Under the pieces are notes generated by a model. It did no database searches. It was not told the origin of the DNA and was given only the letters and a program-made list of their open reading frames with translations. Both the position numbers and the translations under genes were made by a program. Shown piece by piece: positions 45,690-56,028 of a DNA stretch of 64,000 bases; position 1 is the stretch's first letter, and every line of letters starts with the position of its first letter. Origin of the DNA: an uncultured Pseudomonadales bacterium (GTDB lineage Bacteria > Patescibacteriota > Microgenomatia > UBA1400 > PJMF01); NCBI GenBank assembly GCA_964455555.1, contig CAYVXV010000001.1, forward strand, positions 149,096 to 213,095, read 5' to 3'.

Positions 45690-46550
45690 ATGGAAAAGAC
45701 TGTCAAACCCTATTTTAAGCAATTGATTTTACCCAAGGCCTCATCCCACAAAGGCCAGAATGGCAAGCTGCTCATCATCGGCGGCTCAGAACTGTTTCAC
45801 GCAGCCAGTAAATGGAGCCTGGATATTGCTTCAAAATTTGTTGATATGGTTTTTTATTCTTCAGTGCCAGGCAATAACAAACTGGTGCAAGAGGCAAAAA
45901 AGGAATTTTGGAACGGCATAGTCATTCCGAGGGAAGATTTAGAAAATTATATTGATGAGGCTGACTGCATTTTAATCGGGCCCGGAATGACCCGCGCACT
46001 TGCTTCTGCAGATGGAGAGCCCTCAGCTCTTACTCAAACAAAGTGGGACACTGACACAAAAAAAATAACCGATTATTTGCTAAAAAAATACCCTGACAAA
46101 AAATGGGTGATTGATGCCGGTGCGCTCCAGATGGCAGACCCCAACATCTTAAACAATAACTGCATAATTACACCGCATACCAAAGAACTATCTCAGCTTG
46201 AAAAGAGCATATCAAGGAAAAAACTATTGGATAAAGGCCTGACGATTGTCCTGAAAAGTGAGGTTGATTTGATTATGCAGGGCAAAAAAACTGTAGAGAT
46301 AACGGGAGGAAATCCCGGTATGACCAAAGGCGGCACGGGGGATGTTTTAGCAGGCTTGATAGCTGCTTTGTATTGCACTCACGATATGTTTGCAGCATCA
46401 GTGATGGGAAGTTATGCCAATAAAGCTGCTGGGGACTCTTTGTTTAAAAAAGTTGGGCCTTATTATAATGCCACTGACCTGGTTGAAAAATTGCCGGAAG
46501 TATTTTGGAAATTGGCTCGGGAAGCTGGAGCTACCCCTCAGCATGGCTAG
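45690..46550 (+). CDS. nnrD: ADP-dependent NAD(P)H-hydrate dehydratase (YjeF C-terminal family)
   Basis: 'GQNGKLLIIGGSELFHAASKWS', 'GGTGDVLAGLIAALY'; start placed at the Met after the recF stop. Confidence 0.8.
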   Translation: MEKTVKPYFKQLILPKASSHKGQNGKLLIIGGSELFHAASKWSLDIASKFVDMVFYSSVPGNNKLVQEAKKEFWNGIVIPREDLENYIDEADCILIGPGMTRALASADGEPSALTQTKWDTDTKKITDYLLKKYPDKKWVIDAGALQMADPNILNNNCIITPHTKELSQLEKSISRKKLLDKGLTIVLKSEVDLIMQGKKTVEITGGNPGMTKGGTGDVLAGLIAALYCTHDMFAASVMGSYANKAAGDSLFKKVGPYYNATDLVEKLPEVFWKLAREAGATPQHG

Positions 46551-46551
46551 C

Positions 46552-46935
46552 CTATTTCTTTTTATGTCTTTTTGTTAGCGGGGTAACTGTGCCTTCATGG
46601 TCAATCTCAACGTAATCGCCTTTGTGATTCTTCATGACCCGTACGCTGATTTTCTCCAGTCGCCGCTGCATAGTAGCCAGCTGCATGGTGACCAATACAG
46701 CCAGGGCGGTCATCAGTAAAGCATAAATAAACAGGGAAATCATGGTGCCGTCTTTGCCGAGATAGGGGTCAACATAACCGGCCACAAAGCCCTTAATCAG
46801 TTCGTTCCAGGCCAAAGCTACTACGACACCAAAACCGCTTGTAGCCAGCGTAACCATGTTTTTTACCATTGCTAAGGGCAGCTCTTCAAATTTTTCCGGT
46901 GTTTCAATTTTTGCCATGCCGATATTGTAAGTCAA
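46552..46935 (-). CDS. hypothetical small membrane protein
   Basis: Two hydrophobic helices; no recognisable motif. Confidence 0.35.
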   Translation of the reverse strand: MTYNIGMAKIETPEKFEELPLAMVKNMVTLATSGFGVVVALAWNELIKGFVAGYVDPYLGKDGTMISLFIYALLMTALAVLVTMQLATMQRRLEKISVRVMKNHKGDYVEIDHEGTVTPLTKRHKKK

Positions 46936-47046
46936 ATCCTGGCAAAAGTTAAGTTTAGCTAGTTATTGTTGTTTATTGGCTGATTTTCTTTGCAGTTTAT
47001 GCAAAAATTACTGATATAATAAGAGACATAAAGCACAAGGACGTAT

Positions 47047-48135
47047 ATGTATAAAGCCAATTTCACCATCACCAACAACCTTCTCACTTACATAGCAAAA
47101 ATTGAGTCTGCCAAGGCTTTAATCGAGAATGCTCCGTTGGTTCCAGCATGGGAAGCTAAGTTCCGTGATGAGGCTATGACCAGGACTGTTCACTATGGCA
47201 CAAAAATTGAAGGCAATGACCTGACTGAAGAGCAGGCTCAGCAAGTAGTCCGCCTCAATGATGTGGTTGATACACACGAGATGATTAAGCGGACAGGAAT
47301 CATGGCCCGCGAACGGGATATTCAGGAAGTAATCAATTACAGAAATGTTTTGGCTTGGATTGACCGCCAGCAAAACCCTCAGTTTACCAAGGTTTTTAAC
47401 GAGGATACCCTTAAAACAGTTCATAAACTCACAGTCAACCGTTTAGTTGAGGATGAATACCAAGGAGAGTTTAGGGACAAGCAAGTAATCCTGAGGAGCC
47501 CTGTGGGAGACGTGGTCTTCCGGCCGCCGGTTTCAGTTGAAATTCCATATTTAGTCAGCGATTTTTTTGAGTGGTCGCAGACGGATGAGGCCAAGCGGCT
47601 GCATCCGGTTATCCGGGCGGCAATTACCCACTATCAGTTGGTTTATATTCATCCGTTTATTGAAGGCAACGGCAGGACAGCTAGAGCTATGGCCATGCTG
47701 CTGCTTTATGCCTCTGGTTATGATTTTAAGCGCTTTTTCTCGATTGAACAGTATTTTGACAGCGATGTCCAAGCTTACTATCAAGCCCTGCTTTCCGTAC
47801 AGCACACTCCGAGTAGTGACCTAACTTACTGGCTGGAATATTTTTGCTATGGATTAGCTATTGAAATTGATAAAGTTAAACAGCAGGTGCTTAAGCTTTC
47901 CCGCGACCTCAAACTTAAAAAAGAACTTGGCAAGCAAGTGGCACTCTCAGAGCGTCAAATCATCTTGTTGGAGCTGTTCCAGCAAAAAGAAGAGGTGACA
48001 TCCGACGAGATGCAGAAAGTTCTGCCCAATGTTTCCGTTGACACCATTTTGCGCGATGTCAAAGATTTGATTCAAAAAAATGTAATCGAAAAGCGGGGCG
48101 TAACTAAAGGAGTGACGTACCAGCTTGCAGATTAA
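47047..48135 (+). CDS. fic: Fic-family protein (AMPylase-type) with C-terminal winged-helix domain
   Basis: Canonical Fic motif 'HPFIEGNGRTARAMAMLLL'; N-terminal 'TKIEGN' resembles the inhibitory-helix motif. Confidence 0.85.
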   Translation: MYKANFTITNNLLTYIAKIESAKALIENAPLVPAWEAKFRDEAMTRTVHYGTKIEGNDLTEEQAQQVVRLNDVVDTHEMIKRTGIMARERDIQEVINYRNVLAWIDRQQNPQFTKVFNEDTLKTVHKLTVNRLVEDEYQGEFRDKQVILRSPVGDVVFRPPVSVEIPYLVSDFFEWSQTDEAKRLHPVIRAAITHYQLVYIHPFIEGNGRTARAMAMLLLYASGYDFKRFFSIEQYFDSDVQAYYQALLSVQHTPSSDLTYWLEYFCYGLAIEIDKVKQQVLKLSRDLKLKKELGKQVALSERQIILLELFQQKEEVTSDEMQKVLPNVSVDTILRDVKDLIQKNVIEKRGVTKGVTYQLAD

Positions 48136-48153
48136 TTTGTTAGACTATAGATC

Positions 48154-49956
48154 ATGACCTTCTCTCAATTTTCAGAATACCTGCAAACGATGGAGCAGTT
48201 GTCTTCCCGCCTGGAGATGACCGATGTTTTGGCAGCACTTTTCAAAGAGCTTGGCACTGATGAAATCAAGCCGGCCACATATCTGATGCAGGGCAGCCTG
48301 GTTCCTCCCTATCAATCGATGGAATTTCAGCTCTCCAGCAAAATGGTAATCCGGGCATTGGCTAAGCTGCCAAAAGAGGAAGAAAAATCTCACGAAACCA
48401 TCAATCTTTTTGGTGAAACCGACAGCAGCGGTGATGAGCAAGCAGTAAATAAAAAATTTAAGCAACTTGGTGATCTGGGTTTGGTGGCCCAGGAACTAAC
48501 TGCCGCTGCCGGCCGGAACGAAGACCGCCTTAGGCTGCTGGAAGTTTATGAAAAATTGGTAGAAATCGCCTGCTTTTCCGGCAGCGGCTCGCAGTCGCAA
48601 AAGGTTGAGGGTTTAGCCGCTTTACTGAAGCAGCTCAGTCCTTTGGGAGCTAAGTTTGTGACCAGAATAGTTATTGGCAAGCTCCGGCTGGGCTTTTCTA
48701 CCATGACTATCCTGGATGCGCTTTCCTGGGCTGCTACCGGGGGAAAAAGTCACCGGGATCTTTTGGAGCTGGCTTACCAAAAGCGGGCAGATGCCGGCGA
48801 GTTGGCTCAGTTTTATCTTTCCAACCGCAGTAATCTTCAAAACGGCAGCAGTGCTGAAAAATTGCTGGCAGAGTACACGGTAGAAGTTGGAATTCCCGTA
48901 GTTCCGGCTTTGTGCCAACGCTTGAACACCGCCGGTGAAATTATCGAAAAAATGGGCTGTGTTATTGCCGAGCCCAAATATGACGGCCTTAGAATTCAAA
49001 TCCACTTTCTCCGTCATCCGGCTGAAAACCAGCAAGCCATCACTGCTTATACCCGCAATTTGGAAGACATCTCGCACATGTTTCCGGAGCTGCAGGAAAT
49101 AGGAGAAAGCCTGAATTGTGACAGCTGTATTCTTGATGCTGAGGTAATCGGCTTTAATCCTGAGACAGGCAAGCTCTTGCCGTTTCAGCAGACAATCACC
49201 AGAAAACGCAAGCATGGCATTAGCGAAGCAGTTACTAAGGTCCCGGTCCGGTTCTATATTTTTGACGTTATTAAGGTTGATCATCGGCCTCTGATTGCTG
49301 AGCCGCTGCGTTCCAGGAAAACTACCTTGAGGGAAGTGCTTCATCACAGTGAAATATTTGTTTATACGCCAACTTTGGAAACCTGCGATCCGGTAGAACT
49401 TCATAATTTCCACGAAGAACTGCTTAAAGATGGTTTAGAAGGCGCAGTTATCAAGAAGGTTGACGGCGATTACCAAGGCGGCCGCAAAGGCTGGAAGTGG
49501 GTAAAAATTAAGGAAACAGAAGGGGCCTCGGGAAAACTTTCTGACACTCTTGACCTGATTGTTCTAGGTTACTATTCAGGCAGGGGAAAGCGGGTGGCTT
49601 TGGGCATCGGCGCTTTCTTAGTCGGCACTTTGGTTAAAGAAGGGAATGATGTTGAGATTAAAACAGTCGCCAAAATTGGCACAGGCTTGACGGATGATCA
49701 ATTCAGGGAGATGAAGCTGCGGATAGATAATCTGGCAGCAGAGAAAAAACCCAAGCAATATGATGTCCCCAAAGGCTTGATTCCTGATGTCTGGGCTGAA
49801 CCGGAGCTGGTTGTAGAAATTGCTGCGGATGAAGTGACACAGTCGCCGCTGCATACAGCTAAAGTAGCCTTGCGGTTCCCCCGGTTGGTTAAATTCAGGG
49901 AAGATAAAACTTGGGATCAGGCTACTACGGTCGAGGAAATAAAGTCTTTAAAATAA
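48154..49956 (+). CDS. lig: ATP-dependent DNA ligase
   Basis: Motif I 'EPKYDGLRIQIH' (KxDG), 'EGAVIKK', OB-fold C-terminal region. Confidence 0.85.
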   Translation: MTFSQFSEYLQTMEQLSSRLEMTDVLAALFKELGTDEIKPATYLMQGSLVPPYQSMEFQLSSKMVIRALAKLPKEEEKSHETINLFGETDSSGDEQAVNKKFKQLGDLGLVAQELTAAAGRNEDRLRLLEVYEKLVEIACFSGSGSQSQKVEGLAALLKQLSPLGAKFVTRIVIGKLRLGFSTMTILDALSWAATGGKSHRDLLELAYQKRADAGELAQFYLSNRSNLQNGSSAEKLLAEYTVEVGIPVVPALCQRLNTAGEIIEKMGCVIAEPKYDGLRIQIHFLRHPAENQQAITAYTRNLEDISHMFPELQEIGESLNCDSCILDAEVIGFNPETGKLLPFQQTITRKRKHGISEAVTKVPVRFYIFDVIKVDHRPLIAEPLRSRKTTLREVLHHSEIFVYTPTLETCDPVELHNFHEELLKDGLEGAVIKKVDGDYQGGRKGWKWVKIKETEGASGKLSDTLDLIVLGYYSGRGKRVALGIGAFLVGTLVKEGNDVEIKTVAKIGTGLTDDQFREMKLRIDNLAAEKKPKQYDVPKGLIPDVWAEPELVVEIAADEVTQSPLHTAKVALRFPRLVKFREDKTWDQATTVEEIKSLK

Positions 49957-49971
49957 AACTGCCACAAGGTT

Positions 49972-50703
49972 TTAACGGTAACGGTCATCCATAGGGTAAA
50001 GCTTATTTTGTTTTTCGCTGGAAAGCCTCACCCCGAGCAAATGGGCTAAGCCTACTTGAGCCTGATCAACAACACTTTTCAGTGAGCCGCGCTTTTCAAT
50101 CCTTCTCATGTGCATCGTAAAAAACAGCTTGTCAAAAACCCGGAATTTGTATCCTTGGGCTACGCCCCTTTCCATAAATTCACTGCCTTCATTAACTCTT
50201 AGGCTCGTGTCAAAACCTCCAAGCAGATTGAATTTCTCCCGGTTGCAGCCAAACAACCCCTCTGTCACGAAAGGCTTAGCGGTATGTTCCATTATTTTGC
50301 TGTACCAAAACACCGCCACCAGCATCAGAGTATAAATTATTTTTGGAGGGTAAGGTTTATCGTTTGTGCTGAAGAAATCTGCCTTGGAGCGGCTGATCTC
50401 TGCTGAAAGTTTTTCCAGAAAATCTTTTTCAAGTCTAATGTCAGCATCCATGAAGAGCAGCCATGGGTTTTTGGCCTGGCCAGCCCCGACATTGCGCTGA
50501 AAGCTGGGGCTGCGCACATCTACGGTCAAGGTTCTCAGGTTAAGCTGTTTCTTGAAGCTCGAGGCAATCTCAACGGTTTTATCCGCAGAGTTGGCATCAA
50601 TATGAATCACCTCAAACTCCCGGTAGGTCTGCTCAGCCAGGTTATTCAGCAGTTTAGGGAGGTATTTCTCCTCATTTAGTGTTGGTATGATGATTGAAAA
50701 CAT
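49972..50703 (-). CDS. family 2 glycosyltransferase
   Basis: 'FSIIIPTLNEEKYLPKLLNNLAEQTY...EVIHIDANSADKT'. Confidence 0.8.
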   Translation of the reverse strand: MFSIIIPTLNEEKYLPKLLNNLAEQTYREFEVIHIDANSADKTVEIASSFKKQLNLRTLTVDVRSPSFQRNVGAGQAKNPWLLFMDADIRLEKDFLEKLSAEISRSKADFFSTNDKPYPPKIIYTLMLVAVFWYSKIMEHTAKPFVTEGLFGCNREKFNLLGGFDTSLRVNEGSEFMERGVAQGYKFRVFDKLFFTMHMRRIEKRGSLKSVVDQAQVGLAHLLGVRLSSEKQNKLYPMDDRYR

Positions 50704-50775
50704 ATTTGCTCTATAATTCTAGCAATGATTCGCTCAATCACAACAACAGACCAGTAGAGGATAGTTTATGCGGTT

Positions 50776-51561
50776 TTGCCTGCCTTTATTGAAAAAAAAG
50801 TAAGAAAGAAAAACGAAACAGTAGTTTTGCTTCATGGCCTTGGTGGTGACCTGAGTGTTTGGCAGCCTCTGGTGAAAATTTTAAATCAGTTGGGTTATTC
50901 ATGTATAAGTTTAGATTTAAGAGGCCACGGCAAATCTTCCCGTCCCGGCAAGCTTATTGACTATGATTTTGACCGCCTGGGCCAGGACGTTATAGAGGTG
51001 ATGGAAGCAGAAGGAAGCACTTCTGTCATTTTAGTAGGCCACTGTTTGGGGGCAATTGTGGCACAACACGCGGCAATTGCCCGCCCGGAAAAAATCAGCA
51101 AACTAATCCTACTGGCACCCACCTATAAAACTTATGCCTGGGCCAAGCTGATCAACAGTAAAAATCTGCTGATTCGGATTGGCGGCCGGATAGCTGAATT
51201 ATTACCAAGCAGCCATTATCAGCGCCGGTTCGATTCGCATCAATTTTGGAGGGGAACCACAGATTTTTCCGGCCGCCGCCTTGCAGGAGATTTGGCCAGA
51301 ACTTCGCTGAGGAGCTACAGTTTCCTGACGCTGAATGTGCTGAAATTGGATATAGCAGACCGCTTGGTTAGTGCTGCCGGGGTTAAATCACTGATCATTA
51401 TGGGCAAAAAAGATCACGTTATTCCTCCTTCAATCGCAGAAGAGTACCGGCTTTACTGGCCGCAAACTGAAATTCATTATTTAGAAAAAACCAATCACCA
51501 ATTGCTGTTCAACAACTTTAATTTAGTGGCAAAAAAACTGGCCGTTTGGATAGAAAAATAA
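50776..51561 (+). CDS. alpha/beta-fold hydrolase with Cys in the nucleophile elbow
   Basis: 'VVLLHGLGGDLSVW', nucleophile elbow 'VGHCLGAIVA' (G-H-C-L-G instead of GxSxG). Confidence 0.75.
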   Translation: MPAFIEKKVRKKNETVVLLHGLGGDLSVWQPLVKILNQLGYSCISLDLRGHGKSSRPGKLIDYDFDRLGQDVIEVMEAEGSTSVILVGHCLGAIVAQHAAIARPEKISKLILLAPTYKTYAWAKLINSKNLLIRIGGRIAELLPSSHYQRRFDSHQFWRGTTDFSGRRLAGDLARTSLRSYSFLTLNVLKLDIADRLVSAAGVKSLIIMGKKDHVIPPSIAEEYRLYWPQTEIHYLEKTNHQLLFNNFNLVAKKLAVWIEK

Positions 51562-51562
51562 A

Positions 51563-52456
51563 CTAATTGATTTCCAACTCTTTGAGTGAATTAAAAACCT
51601 TGCGGGCATGTTGAAGCTGCTTGGATGACGCGCTTCGGATATAGCGGTTGAGCTGGGTTAATATGGAAACTGCATCATCATCGTAGTAGCCGCCGCCTTT
51701 CATCACATACCCGAAATCATCAGTGCTAAAATCAGCTCCCTGAATATATTTAAGCAAGAGTGTGCCGGTTGACCGAGCCATTTTTAAGGTGCCTTCTTTC
51801 TTCATTCTTCTGAGTGAATAATAGTATCTTGGCTCGCGGAAAACAAAGTAAGTGAAGCCGGAATCAACGGCTTGATGTAAAAATCTTGCGTCTTCATATA
51901 CCTTTTGTGACTCGTCAAATTTAATGGTATTGAATACTTTTTTTTGTGCTCCGATCATTGCCCCGAAGGCAGCCTCCTGGCCTATGCTCTTAAATAGTTC
52001 AAAGCTGAAGTTAATTGACTTTTCTATTGCTTGATCCAGCCTCGCCCCATTGTCATTTATTTTGACCCAGGTAGTGAACACATCAGTTTCGGGATGTTTG
52101 GCAAGTTGGTACTTAATGCCGTCTAAAAAGTAAGCTGGCAGGCGGTTGTCCGCATCCATAAAAATTACCCATTGGGCTGCAGCTTTGGTTACACCGTGAT
52201 TGCGCTGATAACTAACATTCTGCACCTCGGTGGAGAGGATTTTCATGGGCATAATTGAAGAAAATTCTTTGGCTTTGGCAAGGGTGCTGTCAGTTGAGCT
52301 GCCATCGACAACTATTACTTCGAAAGCCTGATTGGTTTGGTTGGCAAGGTCTGAGAGCAGCCTCGGCAGCCTTTTTTCTTCATTCAGCGTGGGAATAATA
52401 ATTGAAAAATAAGGCTGGTTTTGTAATTCCTTTGACTTAGTCATTGCAGCAGCCAT
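51563..52456 (-). CDS. family 2 glycosyltransferase
   Basis: 'FSIIIPTLNEEKRLPRLLSDLANQT...EVIVVDGSSTDST'; start trimmed to an internal Met to avoid antisense overlap with pth. Confidence 0.8.
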   Translation of the reverse strand: MAAAMTKSKELQNQPYFSIIIPTLNEEKRLPRLLSDLANQTNQAFEVIVVDGSSTDSTLAKAKEFSSIMPMKILSTEVQNVSYQRNHGVTKAAAQWVIFMDADNRLPAYFLDGIKYQLAKHPETDVFTTWVKINDNGARLDQAIEKSINFSFELFKSIGQEAAFGAMIGAQKKVFNTIKFDESQKVYEDARFLHQAVDSGFTYFVFREPRYYYSLRRMKKEGTLKMARSTGTLLLKYIQGADFSTDDFGYVMKGGGYYDDDAVSILTQLNRYIRSASSKQLQHARKVFNSLKELEIN

Positions 52457-52483
52457 TATACCGCAGATGGTACAATCTAAACT

Positions 52484-53035
52484 ATGAAAGTAGCAATTGG
52501 CCTTGGAAACCCTGAGCCAACCTATCGGAATACCCGACATAACGCCGGAAAGATGTTTGTGGACCGTTTGGCCAGAGAGTTTCTTTGCAGCCAATTTGAA
52601 ACCAATACCAGGATCGAGGCCTCTGTTTGTAAGGCAGGCAATTATGTTTTTGCTAAGCCGCTAACATATATGAACGAGTCCGGCCGGCCGGCCAGGGCGC
52701 TGATAGATTTTTATAAGATAGAAACCAGTCAGGTGTATGCCATTCATGATGATTTAGACCTGGAACTGGGTCAGTATAAAATCCAGTTTGGCAAAGGACC
52801 GGAAGGCCACAATGGCCTGCTTTCCTTCTACCAGCATTTAGGTACTAAAAACATCTGGCACGTTCGGATTGGGGTTGATGGCCGGGAAGGCGACCGGTCC
52901 ATGAGCCCCAGCGGGTATGTTTTGCAGCAGTTTACTCCGGCTGAGTTGAATATATTTGATTCGATGAGCAATGAACTGGTCAAAGAACTCTCCTCACATC
53001 TCAAAATGAACCACTCCAGCCAGCCGCTTTCTTAA
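52484..53035 (+). CDS. pth: peptidyl-tRNA hydrolase
   Basis: 'KVAIGLGNPEPTYRNTRHNAGKMFVDRLA'. Confidence 0.9.
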   Translation: MKVAIGLGNPEPTYRNTRHNAGKMFVDRLAREFLCSQFETNTRIEASVCKAGNYVFAKPLTYMNESGRPARALIDFYKIETSQVYAIHDDLDLELGQYKIQFGKGPEGHNGLLSFYQHLGTKNIWHVRIGVDGREGDRSMSPSGYVLQQFTPAELNIFDSMSNELVKELSSHLKMNHSSQPLS

Positions 53036-53088
53036 CCCTAGCCAATCATTTCCCCGACTAGCTCTTCATTGGTAAGTTTAATTAGGGT

Positions 53089-54330
53089 ATGCTAGATTTC
53101 ATGCCCCGTTATAGAGAGCATCATTTATCTTTGCCTTTTTTTAATGTAGATCGCAGCCGGAACATGAGGTTGCTGCATTTGCTGCGAGTTACCCGTGATT
53201 TAACCAACAAATTTGCCCTATTTTTCCTGCCAATTTATCTTTTTCAGCTTGGCATGGAGACTAGCCTGCTGCAATTTTTGCCGGTCAGCCCTCTTCAACG
53301 CGGCTTGTTGACGATTGCGTTTTACTATATTTCCACCGGCATAGTCGGTATTGCGCTCAGCATTCCTTTTGGCAGGCTGGTTTCAAAGATAGGTTATCAG
53401 CGGGCCCTGGTGCTTTCTGATGCCATGAGGCTTGTTCAATTTTTAGGTTTGTTTTACCTGCACTCAAATCCATTTTTTATGCTTTTTGTGGCTGTAGCCT
53501 TAATAGATGGCGCCAACTCACTGTTTTTTTGGAGCAGTTACTGGACTATCCTGAGCAAACAGGCTAGGAGAAACCGCATGGGTGGAGACTTGGGGCTGCT
53601 GCAGCTGCTGCTGCAGATTGTAGCGGTAGTCACGCCTGCACTCAGCGGTATTTTAGCTTTGCTTCTCGGTTTAGAAATGCTTTTCTTGGCTGGAGTGGCC
53701 TTTGCTTTAATTTCAATGATTATTGTGCTGTTTATGGACACCGAAGAGGTTAAATATACGGTTAGCTGGAAGGAATTCAGGCGTTGGCTGCACGAGCGCC
53801 GGTATGAGCGTTTGGCTCTATCTATGGCTGGCAAATATATCAATGACGCAACTGTATTTATCTGGCCTCTTTATGTTTTTCTGCTGCTTGGTTCTGTGGA
53901 CAAGGTGGGCTACCTTTATACGATTTCACTGTTTTTGGCTATGATAGTAGTCTTCTTTACCGGAACATATCTAGATAAATCAAAGAATAAAAAACCGTTT
54001 TTCTTGTCCGGGGGTCTACTGGCGGCGGTTTGGCTGGCCAAAACCCAAGTGGTTACTGTCTGGGGTATAGCTATATCGGATGCAGTTGAGCGGCTGTCTT
54101 CAAACGTTCATGGGCTTTACTTTGATGTAGCCGTTCTAAAGCGGGGCAAAGGCTCCAAGGCAATCTGTTATTTTATTTACCGTGAGCTGCTAATAAGTGG
54201 AGTCAAAGTAGTTTTTTGGTCTCTTTTTGCTATCTTTTTCCTCTTATTTGGAGAATGGAAGGCGCTTTTTGTTTTTGCCAGCCTTGGTGTTATGTTGAGC
54301 TTGCTGATTAAAGAATCTAAATTAGATTAA
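53089..54330 (+). CDS. MFS-type polytopic membrane transporter (putative)
   Basis: About 12 predicted TM helices; 'GRLVSKIGYQRALV' loop resembles the MFS loop 2-3 motif. Confidence 0.5.
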   Translation: MLDFMPRYREHHLSLPFFNVDRSRNMRLLHLLRVTRDLTNKFALFFLPIYLFQLGMETSLLQFLPVSPLQRGLLTIAFYYISTGIVGIALSIPFGRLVSKIGYQRALVLSDAMRLVQFLGLFYLHSNPFFMLFVAVALIDGANSLFFWSSYWTILSKQARRNRMGGDLGLLQLLLQIVAVVTPALSGILALLLGLEMLFLAGVAFALISMIIVLFMDTEEVKYTVSWKEFRRWLHERRYERLALSMAGKYINDATVFIWPLYVFLLLGSVDKVGYLYTISLFLAMIVVFFTGTYLDKSKNKKPFFLSGGLLAAVWLAKTQVVTVWGIAISDAVERLSSNVHGLYFDVAVLKRGKGSKAICYFIYRELLISGVKVVFWSLFAIFFLLFGEWKALFVFASLGVMLSLLIKESKLD

Positions 54331-54358
54331 ATACAGCTTGCTATAATAGAACAACTCC

Positions 54359-54724
54359 ATGTCCGCACAGGATAAAACACCATCAGCTAAAAAGCGGGGC
54401 GCTGAAGAAGCAGCTTCCCTGGAACAAATCTTTTCCGGTTATCAAATTAAGGAAGACAAAGGGTATATTACCCAGGAATTCCAAGACTTTGGTTACCGCT
54501 TAGCTTTAGAATTGAACGACCTCAAGCACAAAAGTTTATATATAAAGATGGCTAAGGATGAAGACAGGGGCATTCTTGAGAGAGCGCTTTCGTTTGTAAG
54601 CGATGCCAATAATGCGAAAAGCAAGGCTCGGCTTTTTATGTGGAAAGTCAAGGAGCTCAAAAAGGAAAAAGCCAGCCGTATTAAGGAACAAACTCCGGAA
54701 GAGGAACAACCGCCGCTTTTCTAG
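54359..54724 (+). CDS. hypothetical charged protein
   Basis: ORF only. Confidence 0.3.
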   Translation: MSAQDKTPSAKKRGAEEAASLEQIFSGYQIKEDKGYITQEFQDFGYRLALELNDLKHKSLYIKMAKDEDRGILERALSFVSDANNAKSKARLFMWKVKELKKEKASRIKEQTPEEEQPPLF

Positions 54725-54736
54725 TACAATACACCC

Positions 54737-56002
54737 ATGGCTAATAACCGCGGAACAAACATTTTTATTGCCGCTCTGTTTCTTTTAACATTGTTAATGG
54801 GCTACAACTATTTTGCCCGGCCGTTTGGCAGCCCGGCTGATACCGTTGGTAGCCAAGAGGATTTAGAACCGTCTGCCCAAGAGGTTCAGGAAACCAACCC
54901 CCAAAGCATCTTTGCTTTATTGTCTCCCCACCAAAAAGTAGTGCAGATGATTGCGGCACCCGCCACCGTGGCAAATACATCCGGCACCAGCGCCGCAGCA
55001 GCCGCAACACCCAGCGCCGCCACTGAAACGGCAACTTCGCGCCAGACAAACCCAACTGCCTCAGGATCAGCTGAGGCTTGGATAGAGAAGAACAACCCAG
55101 GATTCATCACTCTTTTTGGCGATAATATTGATAGGCAGGCAGCTGAGGATGCAATTGGCAGGTATAAGTCGCTGGCCAGGCTTTGGCAGCAGCCTTTGGT
55201 TAGCGCAGTTGCCGTAGATCACGAAGGCGGCAATGTTCAACGCTTAAGCGGGACTGGATTTACCAAATTGCCAAGCTGGCAGGCTTTTTGCCGTTTGGAT
55301 GTGGTAGAGCGCGATGGGCTGCTGCAGCTTTCAAGCCAGGAACTAAACTTAGTGAAGGTTGACTTAGTTTTTGCCCCAATGCTGGATGTGGCAGCCAATA
55401 ACCCAGCCCTAGGATCAAGAGCCTGCAGTGGAGAGTATGAAACTGTGTTGGAGCATGCTACTGAGTTTACAGCTGCATTTAATGGCCGTGGCATTACCAC
55501 TGTTTTTAAGCATTTTCCGGGCATAGGGGCAACAACCCGGGATTTGCATTTCAGCTTTGACCGCATAGAGGTTAAGCAGCAGGACAGCCAACTTTACCGC
55601 GTACTCTTGGACACGTTTCAAGACTCTGCTGTGATGGTAAGCCATGCAGGTGTAATTAATCAGTTTCCGAATGTGCCTTGCTCCCTAAGCAAGCAGTGCG
55701 TCGGTGAATTGTATGCGGTATTTCCAGAAGTGATAACCTTTACAGATGCTCTGAACATGCGTTCGGCTGCTTATTCCTCAACCGGGCCAGAAAAAGAACT
55801 GCTGCAAGTAGCAGAGGAGGCAGTGCTGGCGGGCAACTCAGTCCTGGTTTTTGAAAAAGGCATGACAGAAGCCAGCTTGGAAGAACTCACTGAAGCTTTG
55901 ACTCAGAGATATCTGGACAGCCCTGAGTTTAGGCAGGCAGTTGATAAGAGTGTGATGAAAATAATCGAGTATAAGTTTTCCCGCAATCTTACGATACAAT
56001 AG
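54737..56002 (+). CDS. membrane-anchored glycoside hydrolase family 3 (NagZ-like beta-N-acetylhexosaminidase)
   Basis: 'FAPMLDVAANNPALGSRACSGEYE...ITTVFKHFPGIGATTRDLHFSFDRI' GH3 catalytic region; N-terminal TM helix. Confidence 0.8.
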   Translation: MANNRGTNIFIAALFLLTLLMGYNYFARPFGSPADTVGSQEDLEPSAQEVQETNPQSIFALLSPHQKVVQMIAAPATVANTSGTSAAAAATPSAATETATSRQTNPTASGSAEAWIEKNNPGFITLFGDNIDRQAAEDAIGRYKSLARLWQQPLVSAVAVDHEGGNVQRLSGTGFTKLPSWQAFCRLDVVERDGLLQLSSQELNLVKVDLVFAPMLDVAANNPALGSRACSGEYETVLEHATEFTAAFNGRGITTVFKHFPGIGATTRDLHFSFDRIEVKQQDSQLYRVLLDTFQDSAVMVSHAGVINQFPNVPCSLSKQCVGELYAVFPEVITFTDALNMRSAAYSSTGPEKELLQVAEEAVLAGNSVLVFEKGMTEASLEELTEALTQRYLDSPEFRQAVDKSVMKIIEYKFSRNLTIQ

Positions 56003-56028
56003 AGGCAGCAGAATCGGATTATAGCTTT

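Noticed and set aside
48622-49413. 263-aa minus-strand ORF
   Set aside because: Antisense inside the ATP-dependent DNA ligase gene, which carries clear KxDG and other ligase motifs.
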